Part shown: positions 30,401-40,912 of the stretch, one piece after another
How the letters are laid out: every line of letters starts with the position of its first letter
Position numbering within the stretch: position 1 is the first letter of the stretch
Source: a virus
Strand: one strand, 5' to 3'
Virus record (IMG/VR): IMGVR_UViG_3300025132_007932
Coordinates: 34,425 to 98,424 of that record
Length of the DNA: 64,000 nucleotides
Program-made: the position numbers and the translations under genes
The notes under the pieces: model-generated
What the model saw: only the letters and a program-made list of their open reading frames with translations
Databases searched by the model: none
What the model was told of the DNA's origin: nothing

Positions 30401-33400
30401 TGGCATTAAGCTGGGACTTCGCAGGAGTTACAGGGTCCAATGATGCAGGTAACTTTGAAATTGTTGATATAAGCTCGGGTTCCGCAGAAATGAGTGCAAG
30501 TTACGGATGGATTGGCCTTGTAGCGGGCCAGCAGCACCCCGGCGAAGCATATGGTTTTGATACGAGTGCAGCAAACGTAACGTTAAATAAAAAAATTAAC
30601 GCATTCCAATTTGTAGATCCAGAATTTGCAGTGTCATCTGATATGATTAATATTCTTTCGGATGATGACAAGATTTATGGCATCGTTGAAGATGTTCCAG
30701 ATTATTTCTTCTCGCTAGAAAAAAGTATGTACAGAGCAATTTCAGACGAAATGCTTACATTTTTTGCTGGCATAGTTGATTTCAATAATATTATTGGTGA
30801 AGCGGTTAATCGTTACAGAATGAATTACAAAGCTTTAGAGAAACTTCGCCAAGTATTTTTCGAAAAAGTTAACGATATTAAGAGAGTAGAACAGTATATT
30901 GAATACTACAAGTGGTTCGACGATGCAATATCAGATATCGTAGAACAATTGGTTCCTGCTTCTGCGAAATTTAATTCTGACGTGATGAATGTAGTGGAGA
31001 GCCACGTACTTGAAAGAAATAAGTATCAGAACAAATATCCTACTTTTGAATTCAAAGAAGACAACCTAGAAGCATCGATGAATAGCGTGTTCGATAGGAA
31101 CTTACCTTATCATCGTGCCAGCCCTCCTATTGGCGAGGACTTCCTCATCCCGGGGATTCTTGCCCTACGCGATATTTGGTATCAAATTTTAGCTACTGGC
31201 GATGAAAAACTGATTGATGACTTGTCGTCCGGTGAACTGGAAGTTGATAAGGCACGAAGGTTTATCGCTCATATCAAAGCACGTGCTACGCCCGGTATTC
31301 TCCGAGCGCTCGAAGGATTTTCAAGCTTTCTCAGCTCCCCGGATGGAACAATTTATAGTAAGGCCATGAAAATTAAAGGCGTGGGTATGCCGGCAGCAAT
31401 TTTAAGTCTTTCGCAAGTTGCCTCGGCGGAGGGCCGCGAAGGTGGTCCTGGTGATTATGGTGCGACAGAATACTCAACAAGCCCACAAGGTCAACAGGCC
31501 GGCGGAAGATGGTTGGCAATCCATGGCGGCATAAATTTCCCGCCAAGTAAAAATATTGCATTTACAGATAATGCGCTGCGACCCTTTGGTCCGGTAAACA
31601 GAGAGAACAAAGTTTTTGTTCCGACTAACGTTCTATTTTCTCCAATAGAAGATTTTACGAAATTCAATTTTGTACGTAAAGGTGGTGGGCCAGAAATAAA
31701 AGAAAAAAGAATTATTAAAGTGCACCACGGTCGCGAATGGGAGAATGGTGAGGGAATCTACAATCTCAAGTCTACCATGGCTTATCCATTCAATATCATA
31801 AGCTCTTCAGTTAAAACTGGCTTCAACAAAGAGGTTGTAGAAAAAGTAACTGGAGCTATTGAAATAACAAACTTGCACTTTGATGCTTATGGTGATGACC
31901 TTGAAGTTCCAATGCAAGGAGCGTATACGCAAAGACATGTTGGTGGCCATCAATCTAGACATGTTCCGTTAAACACCAACGCAACAGATAGTTATTTGGA
32001 TCGTCCTGAAAGATGGAAAATTCTTCTTGGTAAATGTCCTGGCGTGACTGGAGCGCTTGGTATGGTCGGCGCAGACTACCCATATCCAGAAACAAACGAT
32101 CAACAGTATCACGTAGAAACTATAACTGGCGAGTATCTTACAAACAACCAAACAATCCTTTGGCCCGATCCCGGTACTGTCGCCGGTAACTGTTTGGTTG
32201 TACAGGCAACTAGTTCTGCCGGCCAAAACGCCGCTAAAGCCTTAATATTTGATAACAACCTTGTAGGAGCAGCAAATGAGTTCCCAGTCTGGACATTTTC
32301 CGCTTGGATTAATCCATCTGCCTCTAATAGCGCGAGAACTGTCTGGCAAGCTGGTAGAACTAATGGTGGCAACTATGGTATGCACACAATTACAATTGAA
32401 GGCGACGAGTCTTTAAGATACAACGTAGTGACTTCTGTAAATGCCGGCGCCGGTAGCGAAAGAAATATATTCTGGGAAACAGCAGCCAATACCATAGCAA
32501 ATGGATCCTGGAATCATATTGTTGTTAAAGTCACCGGAACCATAGGGGCCTTGTCTACAACGCTGCAGCCAACATTTTATATCAATGGCGTAAGCAGATC
32601 CTTTGATGGGGGAACAAGTCCGTCTAACACTCCATACAACAATCTAGCAAATGGTAATACCGGTAAAAGCAGCTTCCGAAGCCACTCTGGCTGGACATTA
32701 ACACCACCTGTTATTATTGGTGGCAATTTAGACAATGGAAACTTTGAAGAGTACTATGGAACAATTGACGAAGTAGCGGTCTGGAATTCACACTTAACAA
32801 ATGCACAAGTAACAAGTTTATATAATTCTGGTGCACCCAGCAATCTAACTGCTAGTGATGGTCCTGCATCTGGCTCTTTGATTGCTTGGTGGAGAATGGG
32901 CGAAGGACCTCGTTTCGGCAATGCTGACGGCCTGAATCCTGGTAGTACAGCCACGGATGCAATTAGTGCGACAAACATTGTTAGAGATCTGGTTGGCTCT
33001 GCATCTCTGATGGCTACCGCTGTGGATAGCAACGACATGAACTTAAGGATCGTACCTACTAGTTTGGCAGATTCTGATAATCGGGTTTCCTCTTTTAGAC
33101 TAGTTGGTCCACTGCCATATCCAATCACAGGCGCACAAAACGCCGTATATTACAGGGATAAGGTTGCTAAAAGACCAGTTAGTTTGAGAAATATTTTAGT
33201 CTCAACTGCGTCTGAAGGCACAAGACTAGCAGGAATCAAGCACCACTCACCCATTGGAAACTACAGAGGAAATTATGAAGTACTTCAAATTGGTACTGCT
33301 TACGAACACCCTAGAAAGCTAGCCATTTCTTCTAGTCAAGTAATATATCCGCAGGCTGTACAAGATATTGCTGCATTACATGCAAAACCAAGAGGTAAGA

Positions 33401-36400
33401 GAGTAAGGCAGTACACAGTTAACACGACAAACATAAATAACTTTTTAAATATTCGCCGAAATGCTGCAGCGTTTGACGGAGCAACAAATAGTTCCGACAA
33501 ATATTTTAACTGGGATCTTGAATACACTCCACTGCAAACAACTGGCTCGACAAACAAATCGATTGTTATACAGAAATTCTCACACGGCGCCGGCGGAGCA
33601 GAAGTAAAATCCAGAGGATTCCTGGACATCAGGGGAGGACAATTTAGCCCTTATAGTGCGCTAACAAATAGGAACTTGTCTGTTCTTAAGCCATCGCAAG
33701 GCCCAAGTGGAACTTTATCTTCTCCTGGGTTTGTTGGTGTCGGAAACGAGAGTGTAGCAGGAATGAGGGTTGAAGATATACATAAATTAGATTATGGTCT
33801 TCGTTCTCATTTGGCACGTCATACTGCAAGGTTTGGCCGCGATTCCTTAGCCAGACCATTGGTTGATTATGATCTTAAGACAGATATTACTGCCCGCAAT
33901 CATACACAATATACATACAATAAAGCCTCTGGACTACAAGGTTGGTGGAGATTAAATGAAAATGTTTCATCCACCGGAGATGTAACAGATGAAAGCGGCA
34001 ATTCTAGAGATGGAACATTTGATGCAGGCGGTGATAGGCCAGCGTACTCTACTTTGAGTCCGTCTCCCCGGATTCAAACACATACCGCACAATTTGATGC
34101 CAGTGACGACGCAACTAATATTTTAGCTGCTAGCACATGGGATGATATTATCGGAAATGATGTTGCTGCCGGCTCAACTCAACAGATGACTTTTACTGCT
34201 TGGGTTTATAAAACAGGAGATGGCGGTGGAAACTTCGGCCGAATAATAGATTTTGGAAATCAAGACATTGCCTTATTTACAACCTCTACCGAAGAAATAG
34301 TTTTCTCTGCCAAATGGAACGGCGCCAATCTTGTTAATTGGAAGACAGGCGCATCTAGTTTTTCACTTAACAAGTGGCACCATATCGCGCTAACTTATGA
34401 TGCAAATAGTTCGTCCAATGATCCTAAAATGTATGTAGATGGAGTCGAGCAGGCGGTAAGCCTTTCCAGTGGCACAAAGACAGGCGCATTCTACGGAATA
34501 GTAAATCAAGATTGCTATATTGGTAACGGCTCTAGCGGTGCCAGGTCGTGGCAAGGAAATCTGGCAGACGTTGCGGTGTGGAACTCTATCCTCACAGAAT
34601 CTGACATAAAAGCATTAGTTCAAGCGGCTGACATGTCAGCAGTAGTCTTATCTGGAGACGTACCCGAGCCTGGAAAAACATATGATCAATTGCCTGGGTT
34701 CCATAAAACACACAGAAATAACATACCTAGGCTGGTTCAAAAAACGTTTTGGCCATTCCCGGAAACGTTTGAAAACGTACAACAAAACGATAACTTCTTT
34801 GTACAACACCCAATCCCCCGCTCAGACCGTCAGTATGCCTGGGTTACTAATTCGTTAGATAAAAACCCAACGGCCCTCGGCCAAACAACTCCAGACGACT
34901 TGAGATACTATGGATATGCTCCTGTGTATGGTTTAGATGCTGGTCTCCACTCAAGTTCTGCCGGCGGCTGGGTATCTTACTTTAGCTATCTAACTGCTAG
35001 CAGTGTGACTGAAAATCTCAAAAACAGCAGCGATCAATTTTCAAGAATAACAAATCAGATACAGCCAACCTATCCGCTCAATATATTCACTGTTGATCCT
35101 TTCAGTGGTTCAACGAATACACTTGGACAACCTCTCGGCAATGCTTCATCGAGTTTAAATGGCTGGTATGTCAATAACGAGTTAATTAACAAACTTGGAG
35201 TCCCGCTTCACAATAATCAAGAATTGTTTAATTCTCATTATCTCAATTTGTTGTTAACTAGAAGAGGGCTGTCAAACGGCTGGGACTGGAAGAAAACAAG
35301 ACTATATGATCACCCAGTCATGTTGAAAGAAAGAAAGAGTAATGAGCTTACATTAGTTAACAGTAGAGATGAGTCGCTTTCAAGATATATCTTAAGGCCT
35401 ATTTCAACCCGCGGCAGATCAGCGCTAATAAACTTCGAAAATGATACAGTTAATTCCACAATAAGAATTGTATCAAACAATGAGGAAGTTTACTTTAACG
35501 AAGCGGAATTAGATAATGTAACAAATATAGATCTGAGAAGGGTCAAGACACCATTCGAACAGGTTTCGGCATTATTAAGACCAAAAACAAACTGGATTCT
35601 TTATACAGAAAATATTTTCCCATCATTGAGGAACGAGTTTTCTTCCGGCACAACACAAAGGCTTAATTATGATAATAAGTTCTGGGCTGACTCAGTTGAC
35701 TTGAGGGCAGACATAGGCTCTGCATCTGGTTCTTTCCCTGTTCCTTTGCAATCTGCCTTCAGTTCTAGCTTCAGAATGCGTTTAGGATTTAACTCTCAAG
35801 CGATTCGTGTTTCACAAAGCTGTTGGCCGTTGGATGCCCCGAAAAACTTTTTGACAAGAACCGGCACAATAGAGGCGGGAGTAAGCGGTCAAGACAATGT
35901 CGCCGGCCAATTAAGAGATTCTGGCTCTGCAGGAGAACTACAAAATGAATATACAATCACGATGATTGGTGCCCGCGCATCGCAAGTCGGAAGCTTACCT
36001 AGTATCGGCGCCCAAATTTTGGGAATTTCTGGTAAATTTGCGAGACCACACTTGCTGTCCAGCCCTTGGTCCATCGTCGCAAGAAGCGGTATGAGAATTT
36101 ATGAATCCGGATCAGGCGATACGGTAAATCCTGGATACCGATTACCGGCCGGATCTAGAATTCCTGGCTCTGGTGACGAAAGCGGAATTGCACAACAAGG
36201 AACAACAACTGCAGATCCAGCATTTGATACTAGATATCAAATCGATATGTATGGTGGAGATGCGCTCTGGGAGGCAAATAGCAAAGCTGGGATTATCGTT
36301 AAGGAAGGTTCTGGTGAAAGCTCAAAATTTGTGTTCGAATCACACCCTTCCGATCCTTGGTTCAACAGTTACGATGATTTTAAGTATGAGCTTGGCTTGA

Positions 36401-39372
36401 TTGCGAAAGACTATTCAATTGTCCCAGAGTTTAGAATAAGTGAACATGTTGAAGACTATATCAAAGGAGGACTATTCAATCCAGGGAAGCAAGATTGGTT
36501 AGAAATTCCTGGAGCCAAAGATTTTGCCAATGCTGATATCAACAGTTCAACTGCCTCTTTCTACCGAGATTATTCAAACTCTGAGTTTATTAAAGATTTT
36601 GTTAAAGTTGCAAAATCAAGTAAATCCACCCCGCGTGAATTTATGTTGGTGGTCACAGCCGCGATTAGATTCAATCCATATAATGGCTTCTACCCGGCAC
36701 AGAGATCATTAGATTTAGTATCGCAATTTTCCAAATCTTATGGCGAGAGCCTTGTGGTCAAAACTCAAGGTGGTACCTCAAACTTCTACTTCCCCGATGG
36801 TATAATTCAGGGAGAAACGGCTATTAACCGGGCCCCCGGCGCATTAAGACCTTTATATCAGGCTATGTTTGCTCCGGGCATTCTATACAATTCTATTAAG
36901 TCAGGTATGGCAGTAGACTATCCTATTATAATGGATCCATTTAAGGTCGCTATTAAATATTTTTCTGGGTCTGCTGAGTGGGCTATGAGTGGAACTACCG
37001 ATCAAGACGGAAACACAGTTGTTCGCTACGGAGGTACCGGAGGGTATCCAGCAATTCCAGGGCCTTACCGTTGGGATGCAATGGTTACCCAGCAGGGCAG
37101 AAACAATACAGGCAACTGGGCCTTGACAAATCATCTTTCTAGTCGGACTTCCGGCGACGGTACCAAACCTCTTCTTGGTTATCCAGGTGGGCCATGGTTT
37201 GATAAGAGAATTCCATTCGAGGCTATTATAAGACCGGAAGATCATATAAGGGGCGTGGATTTTGTTGATGTTGAACCACACCCAAGTGCATCACTTAGAA
37301 GCTCATTTGGAATCCCTGGTTCTGGTCCCTCTGCAGCATCGGTACCGCTGACTGCATCACTTGGTGGTGCCGGCGATAGAATATATACACTAATGGCTAG
37401 AAACTTCTTTGGAGAAATGGGCAAGTTCTTCCTGAAGGAAGAAACATATTCTTCACTGCGATCAGCGGTGGTGCCAAACGATCTTAGGTTCCCGTCAGGT
37501 AGTATTTTTGGCTCTCGATTTAAAACATACCGAAGCACAACTGCTAGAATTTATACCCGTGATTCTGGCTCTGGTGGTGATGGTGGTGGTTTCTCCGAAA
37601 GAGGCGCCACTGTTGTTAGTGGTGGTGCATACGTACCAGGAGCTTGGCATCCAATTCCGCAAGATCCAAAGGTTGGATGTCATGAAACATATACAATGTA
37701 TAGTAGGCCCACTGCCTTTGGTCCGCCAATAGCCGGCCGCCCAGACTTTAGAATAATGTCGGGTACTATTAACTTACATGGAGTTATGGACAAAGCAGGC
37801 GCCCATTTAAACCCTCTTTCTATGAGTTATTCAGGAGCGATGGATTGCTTCAGCGGTTATAACTGGGCTTACACGCCTCCTTATTACCACGGAGAATCTT
37901 GGTGTGACTTTATATTTGTTCCAGACCCGGCGAAAAGCTACGACCTTGAACAGATTCTTGCTGAAACAAAAACTGTTTATACGCGAGTTGATCCTGGCCC
38001 CCTTAGTGGGATAAACACCGGTGGCAAAAAGAATACTGCTGGTGACGAAGTTATTGGAATATCGCCCACCTTGATTATTGGAAGTCCAGATGTATGGTCC
38101 CTAACCGCATCTTATACAACACCAAGTGCAAACCCGGCCACCCGCCCAGCGGAAGGCAACCACAGGCCACCATACGCTGGAGATAACGTAAATGCGAATG
38201 CGATGCAGGTAAGCGCCAGCTTCAATTTATTCGGCGTCGAGCGCGTCACAACAGACGATATTGATCCAGATACCAAAGAGGTCCGCGAAACCGGATTAGA
38301 CCCCATTGGCAAACGTTGGGTAATTAAACCTAAATTCGAAACTCCAATGTTTAACTTTAATAATGCAGATGGAACCCCTCGGCCAATTAGTGCGGAAGAG
38401 GGCTCTTTAACGTTACCGGAAAATTTTGCCTCTGCATCAGTTTCTAAAGGAATATGGCACCAATACGGAATAATAGAGCCAGATCCAGCAAAAGGAATTT
38501 TTATGGAAATTGGACCTATCCCAGAACAATGGGTAAAGAATCACTATAATGTAACTACCACAGCTAGCGTATACAATAATTTCAATGCCAGCGCCGGCGC
38601 TAGTGGCGAAATATTTGAAAAAATGCAGTCACTGACAGATATCGTTGGTTTCCCGCGCACAGAGCAGCGGGCCAGACTAGGAGAACTAAAAGAATATCAA
38701 ACGCTAAGAGAGGCGATTGTTGCTGTCCCTTACACCATAAAAGCTGAACCATTTCACGACGCAACCGCCACTTATAGCGACGAAGAACTTTCGACAAGAA
38801 AGGAATTTTTCACAATACCAAGAGAAATGATAGATGCCGCTAGAGATGATTTAACTACAGGCGCCGGCGATAAAAGCCTACTTTCTGCCGGTCGCTCAAT
38901 CAGAAGCCTTGTTAAGAAGATGAAAAGATATGCACTACCGCCTTGGCTAGACTTTTTAAACATTGAGGATATAGACCCGATTGTAATGTATATGATAGAA
39001 TTTGAGTATGAATTGGACAGAGACGATCTCGCATATATTGCACAGAACATTGCTCCGAAAGACTCAAAGAAGATAACTATAGAAAGTCGCTCAACTGCCC
39101 ATGCAATAAAAACGAACGAATTAATGGGCATTAACGATATTTTAACCAGTGATGAACTTAGGTGGATGGTTTTCAAGGTTAAGCAAAGATCACAGTCTGA
39201 TTACTATGATCATGTTATACCACAAGTTGGTGAAGGTGGCTCAAAATCTTTTGAATTGGGAACGATGAAGAAGCCGCATTACAACTTAGCATATAACTGG
39301 CCATACGATTATGTTTCTTTTGTTGAAATGATCAAACTCGATGCTCAGGTTTTATTAAAGAAAAAGAAGTAA
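27448..39372 (+). CDS. Giant (3974 aa) baseplate/tail protein with multiple LamG/concanavalin-like domains
   Basis: LamG motifs TVEFW/WHHYAF/LYVDG/LDEFRFW (~28050-28800), FSAWINP/WNHIVV/IDEVAVWN (~32290-33000) and FTAWVY/WHHIALTYD/LADVAVWN (~33940-34620). IFKSKGTEKSIR resembles baseplate wedge/P2 gpI-type motifs. Confidence 0.75.
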   Translation: MSIKKLFESTDKSKNYLTSKNRKDAFKNVESGRNVSALREKQQTFVPQVDYSNPENFARYGSAYLYYESSIDRIIDYYPYDGSDAEINEYYNKSLDIEKYVFNNLYPRTNGYIILCADGYGSSTAGVDGYDVPATQEHITFYGGPGTASATTNKKDLFNNPKDSKFQYSNVYDTDIYTTEGLPSDYGSGSRESNLKADFERGVTVEFWMKSGSMAPSATTTRKQVIFDMWNNNSSASSDYARLRIMMTGTAGAGEWLTATGDSDADTPFYITALSGAATTTAPETINISSISGKGISNYKIGKSLVADNAWHHYAFVLYNSGSDAKLSLYVDGRHNDTRTITSAAIDNLNSKNMVGRIGALVTAPEKSNAATGSAKLNASLDEFRFWKVRRSAEEIGRNYFTQIRGGVNTDISNTTLGLYYKFNEGITGESATDSVVLDYSGRVVNGVWSGYGSDSRNTGSAIISASAATSEYEDPIIYSNHPQVVSLKADLLYTGSYHDDQNNASMKNMVPGWILDDEDGARDTNLNKVSHVMGAYFDKLYLQIQAVPSFRNLEYTSASFTPLPFAQHLPQSLGLYSPDLFIDSNVVERFKNRDENSVFESDLAETKNLIYLNLYNNLANIFKSKGTEKSIRNVFRCMNIDDRLVRFNTYFRNQTYKLDNTMQQTLVEKSFLNLHESNSIGGVVYQRSSSYPHEANNRHDGSGFVRGHEAQQKYGMTLEADVVFPSVYKQSPKIHRTYHTASIFGMVEAYTGSSTVNTADGHVLTGSLLSMTGSRTTWLASDKANFQVYAVRPDLRRDDAYFAISSSIDPWPFPTLTSSIFPNVYDNENWNISVRLKPMAVPKEGSRVHMGQAVAPSIVSGSDFYDYQLEFRGVNAELGVIKNSFLLTASLGQRSGSQVIVAGKRIQAGAYRFNTTGTVIHPSDVQVAGVRYWTKYVDDIALDQHVYDVYNQGVSGSYFQLSPLDGGQSSDKYGNFENYNYGSLALSWDFAGVTGSNDAGNFEIVDISSGSAEMSASYGWIGLVAGQQHPGEAYGFDTSAANVTLNKKINAFQFVDPEFAVSSDMINILSDDDKIYGIVEDVPDYFFSLEKSMYRAISDEMLTFFAGIVDFNNIIGEAVNRYRMNYKALEKLRQVFFEKVNDIKRVEQYIEYYKWFDDAISDIVEQLVPASAKFNSDVMNVVESHVLERNKYQNKYPTFEFKEDNLEASMNSVFDRNLPYHRASPPIGEDFLIPGILALRDIWYQILATGDEKLIDDLSSGELEVDKARRFIAHIKARATPGILRALEGFSSFLSSPDGTIYSKAMKIKGVGMPAAILSLSQVASAEGREGGPGDYGATEYSTSPQGQQAGGRWLAIHGGINFPPSKNIAFTDNALRPFGPVNRENKVFVPTNVLFSPIEDFTKFNFVRKGGGPEIKEKRIIKVHHGREWENGEGIYNLKSTMAYPFNIISSSVKTGFNKEVVEKVTGAIEITNLHFDAYGDDLEVPMQGAYTQRHVGGHQSRHVPLNTNATDSYLDRPERWKILLGKCPGVTGALGMVGADYPYPETNDQQYHVETITGEYLTNNQTILWPDPGTVAGNCLVVQATSSAGQNAAKALIFDNNLVGAANEFPVWTFSAWINPSASNSARTVWQAGRTNGGNYGMHTITIEGDESLRYNVVTSVNAGAGSERNIFWETAANTIANGSWNHIVVKVTGTIGALSTTLQPTFYINGVSRSFDGGTSPSNTPYNNLANGNTGKSSFRSHSGWTLTPPVIIGGNLDNGNFEEYYGTIDEVAVWNSHLTNAQVTSLYNSGAPSNLTASDGPASGSLIAWWRMGEGPRFGNADGLNPGSTATDAISATNIVRDLVGSASLMATAVDSNDMNLRIVPTSLADSDNRVSSFRLVGPLPYPITGAQNAVYYRDKVAKRPVSLRNILVSTASEGTRLAGIKHHSPIGNYRGNYEVLQIGTAYEHPRKLAISSSQVIYPQAVQDIAALHAKPRGKRVRQYTVNTTNINNFLNIRRNAAAFDGATNSSDKYFNWDLEYTPLQTTGSTNKSIVIQKFSHGAGGAEVKSRGFLDIRGGQFSPYSALTNRNLSVLKPSQGPSGTLSSPGFVGVGNESVAGMRVEDIHKLDYGLRSHLARHTARFGRDSLARPLVDYDLKTDITARNHTQYTYNKASGLQGWWRLNENVSSTGDVTDESGNSRDGTFDAGGDRPAYSTLSPSPRIQTHTAQFDASDDATNILAASTWDDIIGNDVAAGSTQQMTFTAWVYKTGDGGGNFGRIIDFGNQDIALFTTSTEEIVFSAKWNGANLVNWKTGASSFSLNKWHHIALTYDANSSSNDPKMYVDGVEQAVSLSSGTKTGAFYGIVNQDCYIGNGSSGARSWQGNLADVAVWNSILTESDIKALVQAADMSAVVLSGDVPEPGKTYDQLPGFHKTHRNNIPRLVQKTFWPFPETFENVQQNDNFFVQHPIPRSDRQYAWVTNSLDKNPTALGQTTPDDLRYYGYAPVYGLDAGLHSSSAGGWVSYFSYLTASSVTENLKNSSDQFSRITNQIQPTYPLNIFTVDPFSGSTNTLGQPLGNASSSLNGWYVNNELINKLGVPLHNNQELFNSHYLNLLLTRRGLSNGWDWKKTRLYDHPVMLKERKSNELTLVNSRDESLSRYILRPISTRGRSALINFENDTVNSTIRIVSNNEEVYFNEAELDNVTNIDLRRVKTPFEQVSALLRPKTNWILYTENIFPSLRNEFSSGTTQRLNYDNKFWADSVDLRADIGSASGSFPVPLQSAFSSSFRMRLGFNSQAIRVSQSCWPLDAPKNFLTRTGTIEAGVSGQDNVAGQLRDSGSAGELQNEYTITMIGARASQVGSLPSIGAQILGISGKFARPHLLSSPWSIVARSGMRIYESGSGDTVNPGYRLPAGSRIPGSGDESGIAQQGTTTADPAFDTRYQIDMYGGDALWEANSKAGIIVKEGSGESSKFVFESHPSDPWFNSYDDFKYELGLIAKDYSIVPEFRISEHVEDYIKGGLFNPGKQDWLEIPGAKDFANADINSSTASFYRDYSNSEFIKDFVKVAKSSKSTPREFMLVVTAAIRFNPYNGFYPAQRSLDLVSQFSKSYGESLVVKTQGGTSNFYFPDGIIQGETAINRAPGALRPLYQAMFAPGILYNSIKSGMAVDYPIIMDPFKVAIKYFSGSAEWAMSGTTDQDGNTVVRYGGTGGYPAIPGPYRWDAMVTQQGRNNTGNWALTNHLSSRTSGDGTKPLLGYPGGPWFDKRIPFEAIIRPEDHIRGVDFVDVEPHPSASLRSSFGIPGSGPSAASVPLTASLGGAGDRIYTLMARNFFGEMGKFFLKEETYSSLRSAVVPNDLRFPSGSIFGSRFKTYRSTTARIYTRDSGSGGDGGGFSERGATVVSGGAYVPGAWHPIPQDPKVGCHETYTMYSRPTAFGPPIAGRPDFRIMSGTINLHGVMDKAGAHLNPLSMSYSGAMDCFSGYNWAYTPPYYHGESWCDFIFVPDPAKSYDLEQILAETKTVYTRVDPGPLSGINTGGKKNTAGDEVIGISPTLIIGSPDVWSLTASYTTPSANPATRPAEGNHRPPYAGDNVNANAMQVSASFNLFGVERVTTDDIDPDTKEVRETGLDPIGKRWVIKPKFETPMFNFNNADGTPRPISAEEGSLTLPENFASASVSKGIWHQYGIIEPDPAKGIFMEIGPIPEQWVKNHYNVTTTASVYNNFNASAGASGEIFEKMQSLTDIVGFPRTEQRARLGELKEYQTLREAIVAVPYTIKAEPFHDATATYSDEELSTRKEFFTIPREMIDAARDDLTTGAGDKSLLSAGRSIRSLVKKMKRYALPPWLDFLNIEDIDPIVMYMIEFEYELDRDDLAYIAQNIAPKDSKKITIESRSTAHAIKTNELMGINDILTSDELRWMVFKVKQRSQSDYYDHVIPQVGEGGSKSFELGTMKKPHYNLAYNWPYDYVSFVEMIKLDAQVLLKKKK

Positions 39373-39389
39373 ATATAAAAATCTGGAAG

Positions 39390-39399
39390 ATATTTATTA
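39390..39399 (+). promoter_or_regulatory. Putative late promoter motif ATATTTATTA
   Basis: Intergenic, 13 nt upstream of the 39413 start. Confidence 0.5.
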
Positions 39400-39412
39400 A
39401 GAGAACAAAAAA

Positions 39413-40894
39413 ATGGCAAAATTTATCAACAAGAAAGAGCAAGTCTACGATCTTAGACTGACTGCATATGGAAGATATCTAATATCAATAGGCAACTTTA
39501 CGCCAGAATATTATGCATTTTTTGACGATAACGTTCTTTACGACTCAAATTATGCCGGATTTCCAGAACAACAAAATCACACTGAGGAAAGAATATTAAA
39601 CGAAACTCAATATCTAGAAAGTTTAGTCTTGTTTGAAGATGTAGATTCTATGCTGAATGTCGAAGAGATTATAGATTTAAATAATCTTGACCTAACTCCA
39701 ACAAGAATGATACCTAGAAAAGATATTTTTAGGTTTTCTGAACCAATTGGAGATGCTTACTTGGATGGCGAAAGCCAATCAGCCCCTGCTTGGAAAGTTG
39801 TGGCACTGAATGGGTTTATAAGTTCGTCACACCATGAAGACTCTCAAAACAACACTAAGATTCCACAGCTCAACGTTGAGTTAAATTACAGAAAAGTTGT
39901 GATTGATTTCGAGACTGACCCAGACGATCAAACAAACACAATTGAAAATCCTAAAGATATATTTGATGTTGTAAATTCAACATCTACGTTTGTGGATAGT
40001 AAAGTTGTAAAATTAAGAACAGATAATGGAATGTTTTATGTTGATGAGGTTAACACTGAAATATTAAATGAGAATTTTGAAATAGAAGTTTTCAAAAAAG
40101 TAATGATTCCTTGCAAAAAAGCAAAGGTTGATTTAATAATTGTTTTTGATTATGTAAGGTCCGCAGCCACCTCGCGATATCTTAGTGATTCAGACAATAT
40201 AACCTTGTCCGCCCCGAGCACCGACGGCGTAACCATCGCCACCCGAACATATACCTGGTTAAATTCACCAGATGCCGCAGATGCTTGTCAACTTCGGCTG
40301 ACTGACGCTGCAGCTTGCGGTGACGTGCTTGACATAGAATGCCTCAAAGAGGCCGCTGAGCTTAACCTCATGGCCTTAAGAGCTGCAATTCTAAGTGATG
40401 AGTGTGGCCTGAACCTCACCGTGGGGGATATCTCGCTTACATACAGCAGTGCGCAGACTGCCGTAATTGGGCGATTGCCTTTGGAACAAAATGTATGCGG
40501 AGAGGCTGGCAATACTCCCATAATAGACGGCAGCCAAGACAGCGTATTTTATCCAACACCAGACAGTTTCGTTGGTGGGAGATCAGAATTACAGCAATTA
40601 GAAAAGAAATATTTTCAAAAAGAAATACCCCAAGTAGTAGACGGCTTTATGGTTTCTAACGAACCAGAAGTAAATTCGTTACAATATTACACCACATCTA
40701 GTGTAGAATATTATTTCAACGTACTGATAGACTCCCAAGTACCAGAAGATGAAGCCTGCAAAGCTTCAGAATTGTTTAACAAGCAATCTTATTATGTGGA
40801 TCTGGATTTTGATTGTCAGAAGTTGGCACAAGAGAACATATTTTTTGATATTTATGGCCCTGCAACAAATCCAGATATATGCGAGACAAGTTAA
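39413..40894 (+). CDS. Putative structural protein, LTxxGR paralog family
   Basis: N-terminal DLRLTAYGRYLISIGNF..EYYAFFDDNVLYD resembles the N-termini of the 51230 and 52386 proteins. Confidence 0.55.
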   Translation: MAKFINKKEQVYDLRLTAYGRYLISIGNFTPEYYAFFDDNVLYDSNYAGFPEQQNHTEERILNETQYLESLVLFEDVDSMLNVEEIIDLNNLDLTPTRMIPRKDIFRFSEPIGDAYLDGESQSAPAWKVVALNGFISSSHHEDSQNNTKIPQLNVELNYRKVVIDFETDPDDQTNTIENPKDIFDVVNSTSTFVDSKVVKLRTDNGMFYVDEVNTEILNENFEIEVFKKVMIPCKKAKVDLIIVFDYVRSAATSRYLSDSDNITLSAPSTDGVTIATRTYTWLNSPDAADACQLRLTDAAACGDVLDIECLKEAAELNLMALRAAILSDECGLNLTVGDISLTYSSAQTAVIGRLPLEQNVCGEAGNTPIIDGSQDSVFYPTPDSFVGGRSELQQLEKKYFQKEIPQVVDGFMVSNEPEVNSLQYYTTSSVEYYFNVLIDSQVPEDEACKASELFNKQSYYVDLDFDCQKLAQENIFFDIYGPATNPDICETS

Positions 40895-40912
40895 AAATAG
40901 GAAATTTATTTA

